From an uncultured Chloroflexia bacterium (GTDB lineage Bacteria > Chloroflexota > Limnocylindria > Limnocylindrales > CSP1-4): DNA of 64,000 nt. Shown in pieces: positions 36,772 through 47,016 of this stretch. Under the pieces are notes generated by a model. That model saw nothing but the letters and a program-made list of their open reading frames with translations, was not told where the DNA came from and searched no databases. Position numbers and translations under genes: made by a program. Each line of letters begins with the position of its first letter. The stretch's first letter is position 1. Location of the stretch: positions 1,024,001 through 1,088,000 of the forward strand of contig CAWEZH010000002.1 in NCBI GenBank assembly GCA_963813535.1, in the 5' to 3' direction.

Positions 36772-37772
36772 CGTTCCGCCCTGGCGATCGCCTCCAGCAG
36801 ACGATCGGCGGCCGCGTACGGATCGAGTCGATGCTCCGCGACATCTTCGACGACGGATGCGGCGAGTGGCGCGAGGGCCGGTTCGCCGAGCCGATCGGCC
36901 AGCCGATCCGCGAGGACGCCTCGGATCTGGGCCAGCGCCCGGGCTCGCCGCGCATCCGCGGTCAGGCCCTCGCGATCCGCCATCCGGTGCCGATCGAGCG
37001 CGGCAAGGAGCTCGGGGATGCCCTCACCGGTGGTGGCCGTCGTCACGAGGACCTCCGGCCGCTTCGGCGCGGGTCGGTCCCGTGAGGCATCGCCGCGCGC
37101 AACGGTCGGCACGAGCATGGCTCGGAGCTGGGCGGCCGTGCGCAAGGCGCCCGGCCTGTCGCCCTTGTTGACCACCACGAGATCGGCGACCTCGAGGAGG
37201 CCCGCCTTGATGGCCTGGACCTCGTCGCCCATCTCGGGCGCCTCTAGCACGACGGTCGTGTCGGCGGCGGCCGCCACCTCGACCTCGCTCTGGCCCGTGC
37301 CGACCGTCTCGATCAGCACCAGGTCGAAGCCCGATGCGTCCATCACGGCGGCGGCAGCCGTGGTCGTCGACGCCAGGCCGCCGGCGTGTCCCCGGGATGC
37401 CATCGACCGGATGAAGACATCCCTGTCGTCGGCGTACGACTGCATCCGGACGCGATCACCGAGCAGCGCCCCGCCCGTGATCGGCGATGACGGGTCGACC
37501 GCGACCACGGCGACGGCTCGACCCGCAGCCCGCGCCGCGGCGATCAGTGCCGCGACGAGTGTCGATTTCCCGGAGCCGGGCGGTCCGGTGATCCCCACCA
37601 GGTGCGCACGACCGGCTTGCGGGTAGAGCTGGCGAAGTGCGGTCTCGGCCAGGGGCGTCCGGTTCTCGACGGCGGTGAGGAGCCGGGCAAGTGCGCGTCG
37701 GTCGCCCGACGCGGCGGCGTCGGCCAGCTGTTCGCCCCCGACCGCGGCCCGGGGAGTCGGGGACTCCCCCAC
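36768..37772 (-). CDS. meaB: Acyl-CoA mutase-associated GTPase
   Basis: GITGPPGSGKST, DPSSPITGGALLGDRVRM, ETVGTGQSE, KAGLLE, NKGD. Start GTG 37772 inferred. Confidence 0.95.
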   Translation of the reverse strand: MGESPTPRAAVGGEQLADAAASGDRRALARLLTAVENRTPLAETALRQLYPQAGRAHLVGITGPPGSGKSTLVAALIAAARAAGRAVAVVAVDPSSPITGGALLGDRVRMQSYADDRDVFIRSMASRGHAGGLASTTTAAAAVMDASGFDLVLIETVGTGQSEVEVAAAADTTVVLEAPEMGDEVQAIKAGLLEVADLVVVNKGDRPGALRTAAQLRAMLVPTVARGDASRDRPAPKRPEVLVTTATTGEGIPELLAALDRHRMADREGLTADARRARALAQIRGVLADRLADRLGEPALAPLAASVVEDVAEHRLDPYAAADRLLEAIARAER

Positions 37773-37773
37773 C

Positions 37774-38178
37774 CTAGTCGCGTGGATGCGCGTTATCGCG
37801 CAGGAAATCGGCGACCTGGGCGATGGTCGTGCCCGGGCCGAAGACCGCGGCCACGCCGGCGTCACGCAACGGCTGGACGTCGACGTCCGGGATGATCCCG
37901 CCGACCGTGACGAGCACGTCGTCGAGACCGGCGTCCTTGAGCAGCTTCGTGATGCGCGGGACCAGCGTCATGTGGGCCCCCGACAGGATCGACAGCCCGA
38001 CCACGTCGACGTCCTCCTGGAGGGCGGCCGTGGCGACCATCTCGGGCGTCTGCCGAAGGCCGGTGTACACGACCTCGAAGCCCTCGTCGCGCAGGCCCCG
38101 GGCAAGCACCTTGGCCCCGCGGTCATGGCCGTCGAGGCCGGGCTTGGCGATCAGGACTTTGATGGGCCGGTCCGGCAT
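37774..38178 (-). CDS. Cobalamin-binding small subunit of an acyl-CoA mutase (IcmB-like)
   Basis: [10 protein letters not shown] (DxHxxG), SILSGAH, GGIIP, FGPGT. Confidence 0.95.
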   Translation of the reverse strand: MPDRPIKVLIAKPGLDGHDRGAKVLARGLRDEGFEVVYTGLRQTPEMVATAALQEDVDVVGLSILSGAHMTLVPRITKLLKDAGLDDVLVTVGGIIPDVDVQPLRDAGVAAVFGPGTTIAQVADFLRDNAHPRD

Positions 38179-38226
38179 GGCGGGATTGTAGTCACCGCCA
38201 CGCCTCGCCGACCCATCAGACCAACG

Positions 38227-38985
38227 TCAAGCGGTCGTTCGCGCGAACGCCCTCGACGCGATCACCAGCGAGATCACTGCCAGGGTCGTCATGACCACCG
38301 AGCCGACGACGATCTGCGGGTCGTCCCACAGGCCGTTGAACAGGGCCCGCGCCGCATCGACCGCGTGGGTGAGCGGATTCAACGTCGAGAGGGTCTGCAG
38401 CCAGTCCGGCGCGAGTGCCATGGGCAACATGATCCCCGACAGCAGGAGCAGCGGCAGGGTGACCGCTTGCGCGATCGGCGCCAGCGCATCCTCGCTCTTC
38501 GTCACGAGCGCGAGGGTGTACGAGAGCAAGGAGAAGGTCAGGCCGACCAAAGCCACGATACCGAGCGTTAGGACGGCCCCGGCGGGGTCGATCTTGAGGC
38601 CGAACGGGATGGCGACCAGGATCAGCAGCGCCGACTGGGCGAGCAGGATCGTGACGTCCCGGAGCGACCGACCCGCGAGCATCGCAAAGCGGCTCATCGG
38701 GGTCACCCGCATCCGCTCGACGACGCCGTACCGGATCTCGGCGACCAGCCCGAAGCCGGCGAAGAACGCCGCGAAGAAGGCCGTCAGGATGAGCAGGCCC
38801 GGGACGAACCAGTTGAACGCGCTGGCGGAGGCGCCGGCCGTGGACGTCGCGCCTTCGAGGAGCGGCGCGAACAGGATCAGATAGAGGATCGGCTGGAACA
38901 GGCCCATCGCGACCCACACCGGCTGTCGCAGGGTCAGGGTGAGCGAGCGGCGATACATCAGCCAGGTATCACGGATGAGCTTCAT
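38227..38985 (-). CDS. ABC-2 type exporter permease (DrrB-like)
   Basis: QPILYLILF, FVPG, ERMRVTP, LSG...P.WL...NPLT. Confidence 0.92.
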   Translation of the reverse strand: MKLIRDTWLMYRRSLTLTLRQPVWVAMGLFQPILYLILFAPLLEGATSTAGASASAFNWFVPGLLILTAFFAAFFAGFGLVAEIRYGVVERMRVTPMSRFAMLAGRSLRDVTILLAQSALLILVAIPFGLKIDPAGAVLTLGIVALVGLTFSLLSYTLALVTKSEDALAPIAQAVTLPLLLLSGIMLPMALAPDWLQTLSTLNPLTHAVDAARALFNGLWDDPQIVVGSVVMTTLAVISLVIASRAFARTTA

Positions 38986-39013
38986 CGAAGGGTTCCTTTC
39001 GTGTTCGTCGATG

Positions 39014-39997
39014 TCAGGCTGCCGCGTCGTCGCGGAGCGAGCGGCCGGTCTGGCGGAGGAAGACGTCGTCGAGGCTCGGCCGATGCAGGGCGATCGACGA
39101 TGGGGCCAAGCCGGCGCCGTCGAGCACCCGCAGGAGCTGCGGAACCGCGGTCTCGCCGCGATCGACGTACAACCGGACCTCACCGTCCTCGCCGGTCGCC
39201 TCGCGCACGAACGGCTGACTGCGGACGGTCTCGAGGACGCTTTCGGTGGCACCGTTGACGACGAGCGTGATGACATCGCCGGCGACCTGGCGCTTGAGCT
39301 CGTCGGCAGTGCCCTCGGCCACGATCCGACCGTGGTCGATGATCGCCAGCCGGTCGGCCAGCGCGTCCGCCTCCTCCAGGTAGTGGGTGGTCAGGAAGAC
39401 GGTCGTCCCCTGCCCGCGGAGCGCGCGGATCTCGTCCCACATGCCCGCCCGGGCCTGCGGATCGAGCCCGGTCGTGGGCTCGTCGAGGAACAGGACGGCA
39501 GGTCGATGCACGATGCCGAGGCCGACATCGAGCCGGCGCTTCATCCCGCCGGAGTACGTGGCGATCGACCGATCCGCGGCCGACTCGAGGTCAAGCGAGG
39601 CGAGGACCTCACGGGCGCGGGCGACCGCTTCGCTCTTGCTCATCCCGTACAGGCGGCCCTGGATGACCAGCTCGCCACGGCCGGTCTCAGCCGGGTCGGT
39701 CGAGCCACCTTGTGGGACGTAGCCGATCCGCTCACGGACCTTCTGCGGCTGACGCCGCAGGTCGGCGCCCGCGACCGTCGCCTCGCCGGAGGTCGGCGGA
39801 AGAAGCGTGGCGAGCATGCGCAGCGTGGTGGTCTTGCCAGCACCGTTAGGCCCGAGGAAGCCGAAGATCTCGCCCGCGCCGACGCGGAGGTCGACGCCAC
39901 GGACGGCCTCGATGTCTTCCTTCTTGCCACGGACCTTGAACGTCCGCCGCAGGTCCTGCGTCTGGATCATCGGCCCGATGGCCGTCGGCGTGGTCAT
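39014..39997 (-). CDS. ABC exporter ATP-binding protein (DrrA-like)
   Basis: GPNGAGKTT, YSGGM, FLDEPT, THYLEEA, PSLDDVF. Confidence 0.95.
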   Translation of the reverse strand: MTTPTAIGPMIQTQDLRRTFKVRGKKEDIEAVRGVDLRVGAGEIFGFLGPNGAGKTTTLRMLATLLPPTSGEATVAGADLRRQPQKVRERIGYVPQGGSTDPAETGRGELVIQGRLYGMSKSEAVARAREVLASLDLESAADRSIATYSGGMKRRLDVGLGIVHRPAVLFLDEPTTGLDPQARAGMWDEIRALRGQGTTVFLTTHYLEEADALADRLAIIDHGRIVAEGTADELKRQVAGDVITLVVNGATESVLETVRSQPFVREATGEDGEVRLYVDRGETAVPQLLRVLDGAGLAPSSIALHRPSLDDVFLRQTGRSLRDDAAA

Positions 39998-40061
39998 GTC
40001 GGTCTCCTGTCGCTATGCTGGATTGGCGGCGTCACTTGCGCCGTTCAGCATCCTCGGGCAT

Positions 40062-40080
40062 TATCTGCACGGCGCAGATA
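40062..40080. promoter_or_regulatory. Probable MarR operator
   Basis: Perfect inverted repeat TATCTGC-N5-GCAGATA between the divergent ABC operon and the MarR gene. Confidence 0.7.
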
Positions 40081-40107
40081 TTTACCCATCGAGGAGACAT
40101 TGTCAAC

Positions 40108-41184
40108 ATGAACCGTGATTCGATCAATTCCGTCCTCCGCTCACTCCGGCGGGTGAACCTCCAGGGCTCGCTGTTCGGCCAGACCGTTGCCATCCGCTTC
40201 GGGCTGACCGAGTCGGACATCGAGGCCCTCGAGGCACTCATCGACAGCGGCGCCGCGACCGCCGGCCGGCTGTCCGACCTCACGGGTCTGACGACCGGGG
40301 CGGTCACCCGCGTCATCGATCGCCTCGAGCAGGCGGGCTACGTCCGCCGCATCCCCGATCCCGCCGATCGCCGGCGCGTCATCGTCGAGGTCGTGCCGGA
40401 GCGCATCGCCCCGGTCGAGAAGACGATCGCCCGCGTCGGTGACGCGAGCGCGTCGGTGATCATCGGGTACTCGGAGGGTGACCTGACGGTCATCAACGAC
40501 TTCCTGACGCGCATGGCGGCGATCCGCCGCGACGAGGCAAACGCGCTCCGGAACAGCCCCGAGGAATCCGGCGACGGAGGATCCGAGCACACGGCGCCGA
40601 TCGGCGGCCTCGATCGTGCCCGGCTCCTGTTCAAATCCGGCGCCCACGAGCTCCTGATCCGCGCTGTCACGGATATCGATGACCTCTACCGAGCCCGATT
40701 CGATGGACGGGTGCCGCAGGTTCGGCTGCGCGATGGCGTCGTGACGATCCAGTACAAGGGCGGCTGGCAATGGGACGGCCATGAGCGGCGCACCGACGTA
40801 TCGCTCAACGCAGCGATCCCGTGGGACGTCGAGATCGTCGGCGGCGCGAGCAAGCTCCAAGGCAAGTTCTCGTCCCTGGACCTGCGTTCCTTCTCGCTGA
40901 CCGGGGGCGTCGATCGGATGCGGTTGACCCTCGGCGCACCGACCGGCGACGTCCCCGTCAAGTTCACCCGCGGCGCCAACAACATCCGGATCGAGCGACC
41001 GACCGGGGTGCATGTCCGGCTGAACCTGACAGGTGGGGCCGGGCGCATCGACTTCGACCAGCAACGGCTGGGTGCGACCGGGGACACGATCCTGGAGACC
41101 ACGGGCGCAAGCGACGCGCCGGACCGCTATTCGATCGACATCGTGGGTGGCGCCGGGAGGATCACGATCACCGAGGTGGACTGA
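40108..41184 (+). CDS. MarR family regulator with a C-terminal beta-rich extension of about 200 aa
   Basis: TAGRLSDLTGLTTGAVTRVIDRLEQAGYVRR.PDPADRRRV; the C-terminus repeats (I/L)xGGA strand motifs. Confidence 0.88.
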   Translation: MNRDSINSVLRSLRRVNLQGSLFGQTVAIRFGLTESDIEALEALIDSGAATAGRLSDLTGLTTGAVTRVIDRLEQAGYVRRIPDPADRRRVIVEVVPERIAPVEKTIARVGDASASVIIGYSEGDLTVINDFLTRMAAIRRDEANALRNSPEESGDGGSEHTAPIGGLDRARLLFKSGAHELLIRAVTDIDDLYRARFDGRVPQVRLRDGVVTIQYKGGWQWDGHERRTDVSLNAAIPWDVEIVGGASKLQGKFSSLDLRSFSLTGGVDRMRLTLGAPTGDVPVKFTRGANNIRIERPTGVHVRLNLTGGAGRIDFDQQRLGATGDTILETTGASDAPDRYSIDIVGGAGRITITEVD

Positions 41185-41202
41185 GGGTCCGAGGCCACCC
41201 CA

Positions 41203-41913
41203 TCAGCCCGGGATCGGTGTCCGGCGAGCCAGATGGTCGAGGAACTCCGCGCGCGTCCGGTCGCGGGTACGGAACAGTCCAAGGACGGATGACGTGGTCA
41301 TGATCGTGCCGGGTTTGCGAACACCGCGCATCACCGCGCACAGGTGCGTCGCCTCGATCACGACGCCGACGCCCTGCGGTTCCAGGCGGTCCTGGAGGAA
41401 CTCCGCGATCTGCTGCGTCAAGCGCTCCTGGACCTGGAGGCGCCGGGCGTACATCTCGACGATGCGCGGGATCTTCGACAGGCCGATGACCCGGCCACGC
41501 GGGATATAGGCGACCGCCGCCGCCCCGAAGAACGGCAGCAGGTGGTGCTCGCACAGCGAGTAGAACGGGATGTCCTTGACGATCACCATCTCGCTGTAGT
41601 CGACGTCGAAGATCGCGTTGTTGATCAGGCGCTCGGGATCGACGTGATAGCCGGCGGTCAGCTCGGTGTACATCCGGTGCACGCGCTCCGGGGTCCCGAC
41701 CAGTCCCTGGCGGTCCGGATCCTCGCCGATCTCCTCGAGGATGCGATGGACCGCGTCTTCGACGCGCCCGTTGTCGCTGGGCGTTTCGCCACCGTGGTCG
41801 CGCCCGCGCGATCCGGTGATGTCGTCGATGGCGACGCTCGTCTCACCGATCTCGGATTCGATCTCGTCCACGAGTCGACGAACGTTCGGGGGCAGGTCGG
41901 TCGGGCGAGCCAT
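41203..41913 (-). CDS. folE: GTP cyclohydrolase I
   Basis: [41 protein letters not shown]. Confidence 0.97.
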   Translation of the reverse strand: MARPTDLPPNVRRLVDEIESEIGETSVAIDDITGSRGRDHGGETPSDNGRVEDAVHRILEEIGEDPDRQGLVGTPERVHRMYTELTAGYHVDPERLINNAIFDVDYSEMVIVKDIPFYSLCEHHLLPFFGAAAVAYIPRGRVIGLSKIPRIVEMYARRLQVQERLTQQIAEFLQDRLEPQGVGVVIEATHLCAVMRGVRKPGTIMTTSSVLGLFRTRDRTRAEFLDHLARRTPIPG

Positions 41914-41954
41914 GGTCGAGGGATGGTACGCCGACCGCTGCGGGAGCGGATGCC

Positions 41955-42642
41955 TCAGGGAAGGCAGATCGGCGGGAGGATCGGCAGATCGACGAGGCAC
42001 TCGGCCGGCGGCTGGGTCGGTTCCGGCGTCGGAGGTGGTGGCGGCGCCGGCGGCTGCGTCGGGTCGGGCGTCGGACGAGGTGTCGACGGAGGAGCGGTCG
42101 GAGCGGTCGTCGCTCTGGGAGTCGGGGCCGCCGTCGCCCGAGGAGTCGGCGCCGGAGTCGGCGCTGGGGTCGGGGGTCGGGTCGCGGCCGCGGCCGGCGG
42201 GTCCGTCGGGGTGGCGTCCGGAGTCGCCGTCGGCGAGGTGACGGCTGGGCCACCGGGGCCTGTCCCTGGATCACCCGGGGTGGCACCGGGCGTGGTTCCG
42301 CCAGGCGTGGTCCCACCGGGACGCGGTGCCGCCGGGGGTCGTGCCGGCGGGCGCGCTTGCCCCCGGAGTCGTGATGCCGGGTGTCAGGCCGCCACTTGCT
42401 TCCGGCTCTACCGCGGACTCGCCGGACGCTGTCGCGCCGGCAACCCCGCCACTCGGCGCGGCGGCCACCGAAGGTGCGAGAACGAGCTCGGGCGCACCCG
42501 GGCCCGATTGCCGTGGCACGGTCCCCGTCAGCGCCCTCGAGAGGACGATCGCGATGAGCAGCCCGAACCCGATCCCGACCGCTGTCTGGCGATACAGGGG
42601 ATCGGTGCGGATGAGGCGGCCGATCTGGACGATCCGGCTGAT
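41955..42642 (-). CDS. Pro/Thr/Gly-rich membrane-anchored protein, with a +1 frameshift near 42321 and a probable ATC start
   Basis: TM helix [12 protein letters not shown]; GTTPG repeats continue in the shifted frame to ...[15 protein letters not shown] stop; AGGAGG 7 nt before ATC 42642. Confidence 0.6.
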
Positions 42643-42747
42643 AGGTCTCCCTCCTGACAAGGCCCACAGCACGGGCCCCGTGACCGTCTCAGAGCATACG
42701 CAACGGTGGCTGATTCGGATGCACCGCGCAGGCCGAAGGGATCACAA

Positions 42748-43404
42748 CTACGTGTCGTCACGCATGGAAACGGGCAGAGTGGTGCGCCGACGCGCCAGAT
42801 AGTCATGCCAGAACAGGCGCGCGGCGACCGACCGCCACGGTCGCCAGGCCTCGCCGAGCAGCGTCAATGTCTGGGGGTCAGGCCGGGCCGGCAGACCCTT
42901 CGCCCGGGCAACGGCCGACGCGAGCGCGATGTCCCCGCTCGGCCAGACATCCGGCCGCCCGAGCACCATCAGCAGGTAGATCGTCGATGTCCAGCGGCCG
43001 ATACCCGGGATGGTCTCGAGCGCGAACCGAGCCGCGTCGTCGTCGAGTGCCGCGAGCCCATCGAGGTCGAGCGAGCCGTCGAGGATCCCCGCGGCGAGGG
43101 CTCGGGCGTAGCGGGCCTTCTGGCGGCTGAACCCGATCGCGAGGAGCTCGGCATCGGTCAAGCGGAGGAACGCCGCGGGGGTCAGCGGATCGGTCGCCGC
43201 CACGAGGCGATCGAATGCGGCCTTGGCCGAGGCGAGCGACACCTGCTGCTCGAGGATGATGTGCACGAGCGTCGCGAACCCCGGCGGCCGGTCCCACAGG
43301 GGCGGTGGTCCGATCCGGGTGACGATCGCCGCCAGGTCGGGATCGCGCGATGCGAGTTCCGCGACGGCCGACTCGAGTGTCGACTGGTCGAGGGCGCGGA
43401 TCAG
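42748..43404 (-). CDS. DNA-3-methyladenine glycosylase II family (AlkA-like, HhH-GPD)
   Basis: LASRDPDL, IILEQQVS, IPGIGRWT, PDVWPSGD, WRPWRS. The frame stays open upstream to CTG 43404. Confidence 0.9.
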   Translation of the reverse strand: MIRALDQSTLESAVAELASRDPDLAAIVTRIGPPPLWDRPPGFATLVHIILEQQVSLASAKAAFDRLVAATDPLTPAAFLRLTDAELLAIGFSRQKARYARALAAGILDGSLDLDGLAALDDDAARFALETIPGIGRWTSTIYLLMVLGRPDVWPSGDIALASAVARAKGLPARPDPQTLTLLGEAWRPWRSVAARLFWHDYLARRRTTLPVSMRDDT

Positions 43405-44517
43405 GCGACCGTCCCTCGCTCACCGAACCCGGCCGACGGCAACGGATCGAACGGTCTGCCCTCAGCGCCGCGCAGCCACGCACGGGCATTCTCACCGAGC
43501 GACGGTCGGTGGTAGCCGCCCTCCTGGAGGATCACCAGCCGACGCCCGAGCTGGCCGACCCGCCGGCCGACCTCGTGGTAGACGTCCGTCGTGAGCGCGA
43601 AAGTCGCCGATCGGATCGAGGCCATAGGTGTCGAAGCCGAGCGACACCACCACGACCGAGCCAGGCACGGCCTCGATCGCCTCGATGGCCCGGTCCGTGG
43701 CCTCGAGATAGTCGGCGTTGGTGGCCCCCGCGCGCAGCGGCAGGTTGAGGTTCTCGCCGGTCCCCTCCCCTTCCCCGGTCTCGTCGGCCCGGCCGAGGAA
43801 GTACGGATAGGCCCACTCCGGGTCGGCATGGATCGACACGTATCGCACGTCGCCGCGGCGCCAGAAGATCTGCTGGGTCCCGTTGCCGTGGTGGTAGTCC
43901 ACGTCCAGGACCGCGACCCGCTCGCCGGTCGTCGAGCTGATGGCGTGGGCCACGACCGCGGCGTTGTTGAAGAAGCAGTACCCGCCATACATGGCCCTCG
44001 CGGCGTGATGGCCGGGCGGCCGGCACAGGCCGTACGCGGCCTTCGCCCCGCCCAGCACGAGGTCCATCGTGGTCAACGCGACATCGACGGCCCCGCGAGC
44101 GGCGTCGTAGGTCCCGGCGACGAGCGGCGCCGCCGAGTCGAGGCCCCAGTAGCCGGCACGACCGCCGACCTGCTGCGGTTCGCGGACCAGGCGTTCGACC
44201 GCATCTGCCGACATCCCCTCGAACATGGCCCGATTGGGGTACGTATCGGCCGACAGGAATGCCCGCGGGATGGCCTGGGCGCGCACCTCCGACCAGGCGA
44301 CCTGCAGGAAGCGCAGCAGGCCCTCGTCGTGGACGGCGGTGATCGGCGACTCGCCGTGTTCGGTCGGCTCGGCGAACGTGAAACCGCCGTCGGCGGTCAG
44401 GGCCGAGCGGATCCGCTCGGCACGCTCGGCGACCTCGTTGGCGGGGATCGCGACACCCATGAACGTCTCGGTATCGATGTCGTGCGCGAGATGTCGGGGC
44501 GTGTAGACGACCTGCAT
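43401..44517 (-). CDS. Histone deacetylase family / acetylpolyamine amidohydrolase, with a +1 frameshift near 43601
   Basis: RPPGHHA, GGYCFFNN, DVDYHHGNGTQ, SLGFD, then QEGGY in the shifted frame. Confidence 0.92.
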
Positions 44518-44545
44518 CGGGCTCCTGCTTCGACGGCGTGATGCG

Positions 44546-45472
44546 TCAGTCGGGCACGTCGAGGATGGCCGCGGCCACCTCGCGAGGACGGTAGCGCATC
44601 AGGTTATGTCCGACCTGACCGAGGTCAACGACCCGGATCGGCGAGCGACCGGCAGCGTCACGCGCGATCGAGACGGACGCGAGGGCCTGCCCACGGGACC
44701 CCGTGGCGTCGTCGGCAACGAGACCGACGACGGGCGCCCGGACATGGGGCAGGACATCGAGGGGGTCGTACTCGAACATCGCCCGCACCGTCGCTTCGGT
44801 CGCGTGCGGTCGGGCCGACGGGACCACGCGACCGGCGTGGGTCTCGACGACGGTCGCCCTGGCAGCCCTGTCCTGATCGACGTCCCACGTGCTTCGATCG
44901 AAGTCGCGGCGGTCGGCGAGGAACGCCCGCATCGACCGCATGACCTCGGGTGGTTCGTCGAGGCCGCGCACGAACTCGTCGACGTCCAACCCCGTCGCCG
45001 TCTCGAGCGACTCCCAGCCTCCGTCGACGAGGATCAGCCGGGCACAGCGGTCGCCGAGCTCGAGGGCAGCGTGGGCCGCCGCGATCGCGCCGAAACCGTG
45101 TCCGGCCACGACCACCCGGTCGGTCGATGTGACGAGGACGCCGGAACCCTCTGCGACGGCGACGACGTCGCGGCCGTGGAGGTCGAGGTCGTACGCACCG
45201 TCCTCGGTCGGCGCGTCAGACAGCCCGTGGCCACGCAGGTCCATGGCGACCGTCCGCAGCGACCCGCTCGGACCGGCCAGGCGACGCGCGACCGGTGTCC
45301 ACGCCCATGCCGTGTGACCGATGCCGTGCACCGCGACGACGCCCGCTGCGCTCGGCGTTGCCGGCCCACCCCAGTCGAGGAAATGGACCCGCACGCCATC
45401 GTCGTCGACTGTGAAGCCCGCCGGCTCGAGGGTCGCGTCCGGTTCGGGCACGACGGCCGGCGGAAGATCCAT
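44546..45472 (-). CDS. Alpha/beta hydrolase fold protein lacking the nucleophile Ser
   Basis: VHG, DLRGHGLSD, elbow reads GHGFG, C-terminal GHN. Confidence 0.85.
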   Translation of the reverse strand: MDLPPAVVPEPDATLEPAGFTVDDDGVRVHFLDWGGPATPSAAGVVAVHGIGHTAWAWTPVARRLAGPSGSLRTVAMDLRGHGLSDAPTEDGAYDLDLHGRDVVAVAEGSGVLVTSTDRVVVAGHGFGAIAAAHAALELGDRCARLILVDGGWESLETATGLDVDEFVRGLDEPPEVMRSMRAFLADRRDFDRSTWDVDQDRAARATVVETHAGRVVPSARPHATEATVRAMFEYDPLDVLPHVRAPVVGLVADDATGSRGQALASVSIARDAAGRSPIRVVDLGQVGHNLMRYRPREVAAAILDVPD

Positions 45473-45494
45473 CGGGCCCTAGGATACGGGCGCC

Positions 45495-45917
45495 ATGTCG
45501 AAACGCCGCCGCGGATCACGAACGGGACGGGCGATCGGCACGCGCCCACAGGGCCGGCACCGGCGGTTCGAGGATCTCGTCGCTGAGGCGCTCGGCGGCA
45601 TCCCGATGCCGTTCGCCGCCGCGCTCGACGAGGTCGCGATCGTGATCGAGGACGAGCCCTCGCGGCAGCAGCTTCGCGACAGCGATCTCGGTCCCGACGA
45701 CACGCTGTACGGGCTGTATGAGGGCGTCGCACGCACGGAGTACGCCGCCGATTGGATCTCCGTCCCGAACCGGATCTCCCTGTTCCGCCTGCCGCTCGAG
45801 GCCGACTTCGCCGATCCCGATGCGCTCGCGGAGGAGGTCCGGCTCACCGTGATGCACGAGCTAGCACATCACCTCGGCATCGACGACGAGCGCCTCCACG
45901 ACCTCGGCGTCGACTAG
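45495..45917 (+). CDS. Minimal zincin metallopeptidase family protein
   Basis: LYGLYEG, PNRISLFR.P, TVMHELAHHLGIDD. Confidence 0.92.
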   Translation: MSKRRRGSRTGRAIGTRPQGRHRRFEDLVAEALGGIPMPFAAALDEVAIVIEDEPSRQQLRDSDLGPDDTLYGLYEGVARTEYAADWISVPNRISLFRLPLEADFADPDALAEEVRLTVMHELAHHLGIDDERLHDLGVD

Positions 45918-45930
45918 CCCGCTCCTGCGG

Positions 45931-46983
45931 CTAGGCCGGTGCGGCCTCGCCCGGGAGGGATCCGGCCCCCGCCAGCAGCTCCCCGAGCCGGCCGACCTCG
46001 ACATTCCCGCCGGAGATCACGACCACGACGCGCTCGCCATCGGCGATCGGCACGCGACCGGCGAGGACGGCCGCCAGCGCCGCCGCGCCTGCGGGTTCGA
46101 CGACCTGCTTGAGCCGCTCGACCGCGAAACGCATACCGGCCAGGATCGTCGGGTCGTCGAGGAGCACGATGCCGTCGAGCAGCCGTCGCGTGATGGCCAT
46201 CGTCCAGCGACCCGCGAACGGGGCTCCGAGCCCGTCGGCGACCGACTGCGGCTGGATGGTCACGACCTCGCCCTGCTCGATGGCCAGCGACACGGCGTTG
46301 GAGCGTTCGGGCTCGATGCCGACCACGCGGGCGCTCGGCCGTCGAGCCTTCACGGCGGACGCGACACCGCTGATGAGCCCACCGCCGCCCACGCCCACCA
46401 CGACCACGTCGACGTCCGGCACGTCATCGACGATCTCCAGACCGACCGTGCCGTTGCCGGCGATGACCGCGGGGTCGTCGAACGGGTGCACGAACGTGAG
46501 GCCCTCGGCGTCGCGGATCCGTTCCATCTCCGCGAACGTTTCGCCGACGTGCTCGCCGTGCAGGATCACCCGCGCGCCGTAGCCGAGACACGCCTCGACC
46601 TTCGATCTGACGGCGCCCACCGGCATGACCACCGTGACCGGCACGCCCGCGGCGGCACCGGCCCACGCGTACGCCTGTCCAGCGTTACCGGCCGACAGCG
46701 TGATCGCGCCACGCGCGCGAACGTCCTCGGGCAGGGTGGCGATGCGGTTCGTCATCCCGCGCGCCTTGAACGATCCGGTCTTCTGGAGGTGCTCGGCCTT
46801 GAGAAACAGGAGGCCGTCGGCCAGGCTGGCACCAGTCGCGCGGTTCGCCCAGGCCGCCGCGGTGATCGAGCTCAGCATCGGGGTCCGATGGACGTAGCCG
46901 TCGAGGCGGCCGGCCGCGTCTTCGATCGCGGACAGCGGGACTTCGAGCGCCGCGTCGGCCGCGGGGCTCACGGAGTCGGGCAT
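45931..46983 (-). CDS. PLP-dependent threonine/serine dehydratase family protein (no ACT domain)
   Basis: KAEHLQKTGSFKARG, SAGN, GVGGGGL, EPAGA, SGGN. Confidence 0.93.
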   Translation of the reverse strand: MPDSVSPAADAALEVPLSAIEDAAGRLDGYVHRTPMLSSITAAAWANRATGASLADGLLFLKAEHLQKTGSFKARGMTNRIATLPEDVRARGAITLSAGNAGQAYAWAGAAAGVPVTVVMPVGAVRSKVEACLGYGARVILHGEHVGETFAEMERIRDAEGLTFVHPFDDPAVIAGNGTVGLEIVDDVPDVDVVVVGVGGGGLISGVASAVKARRPSARVVGIEPERSNAVSLAIEQGEVVTIQPQSVADGLGAPFAGRWTMAITRRLLDGIVLLDDPTILAGMRFAVERLKQVVEPAGAAALAAVLAGRVPIADGERVVVVISGGNVEVGRLGELLAGAGSLPGEAAPA

Positions 46984-47016
46984 GCGGCCGAGTATGGCAC
47001 GGGCTAGGCTCGGATC

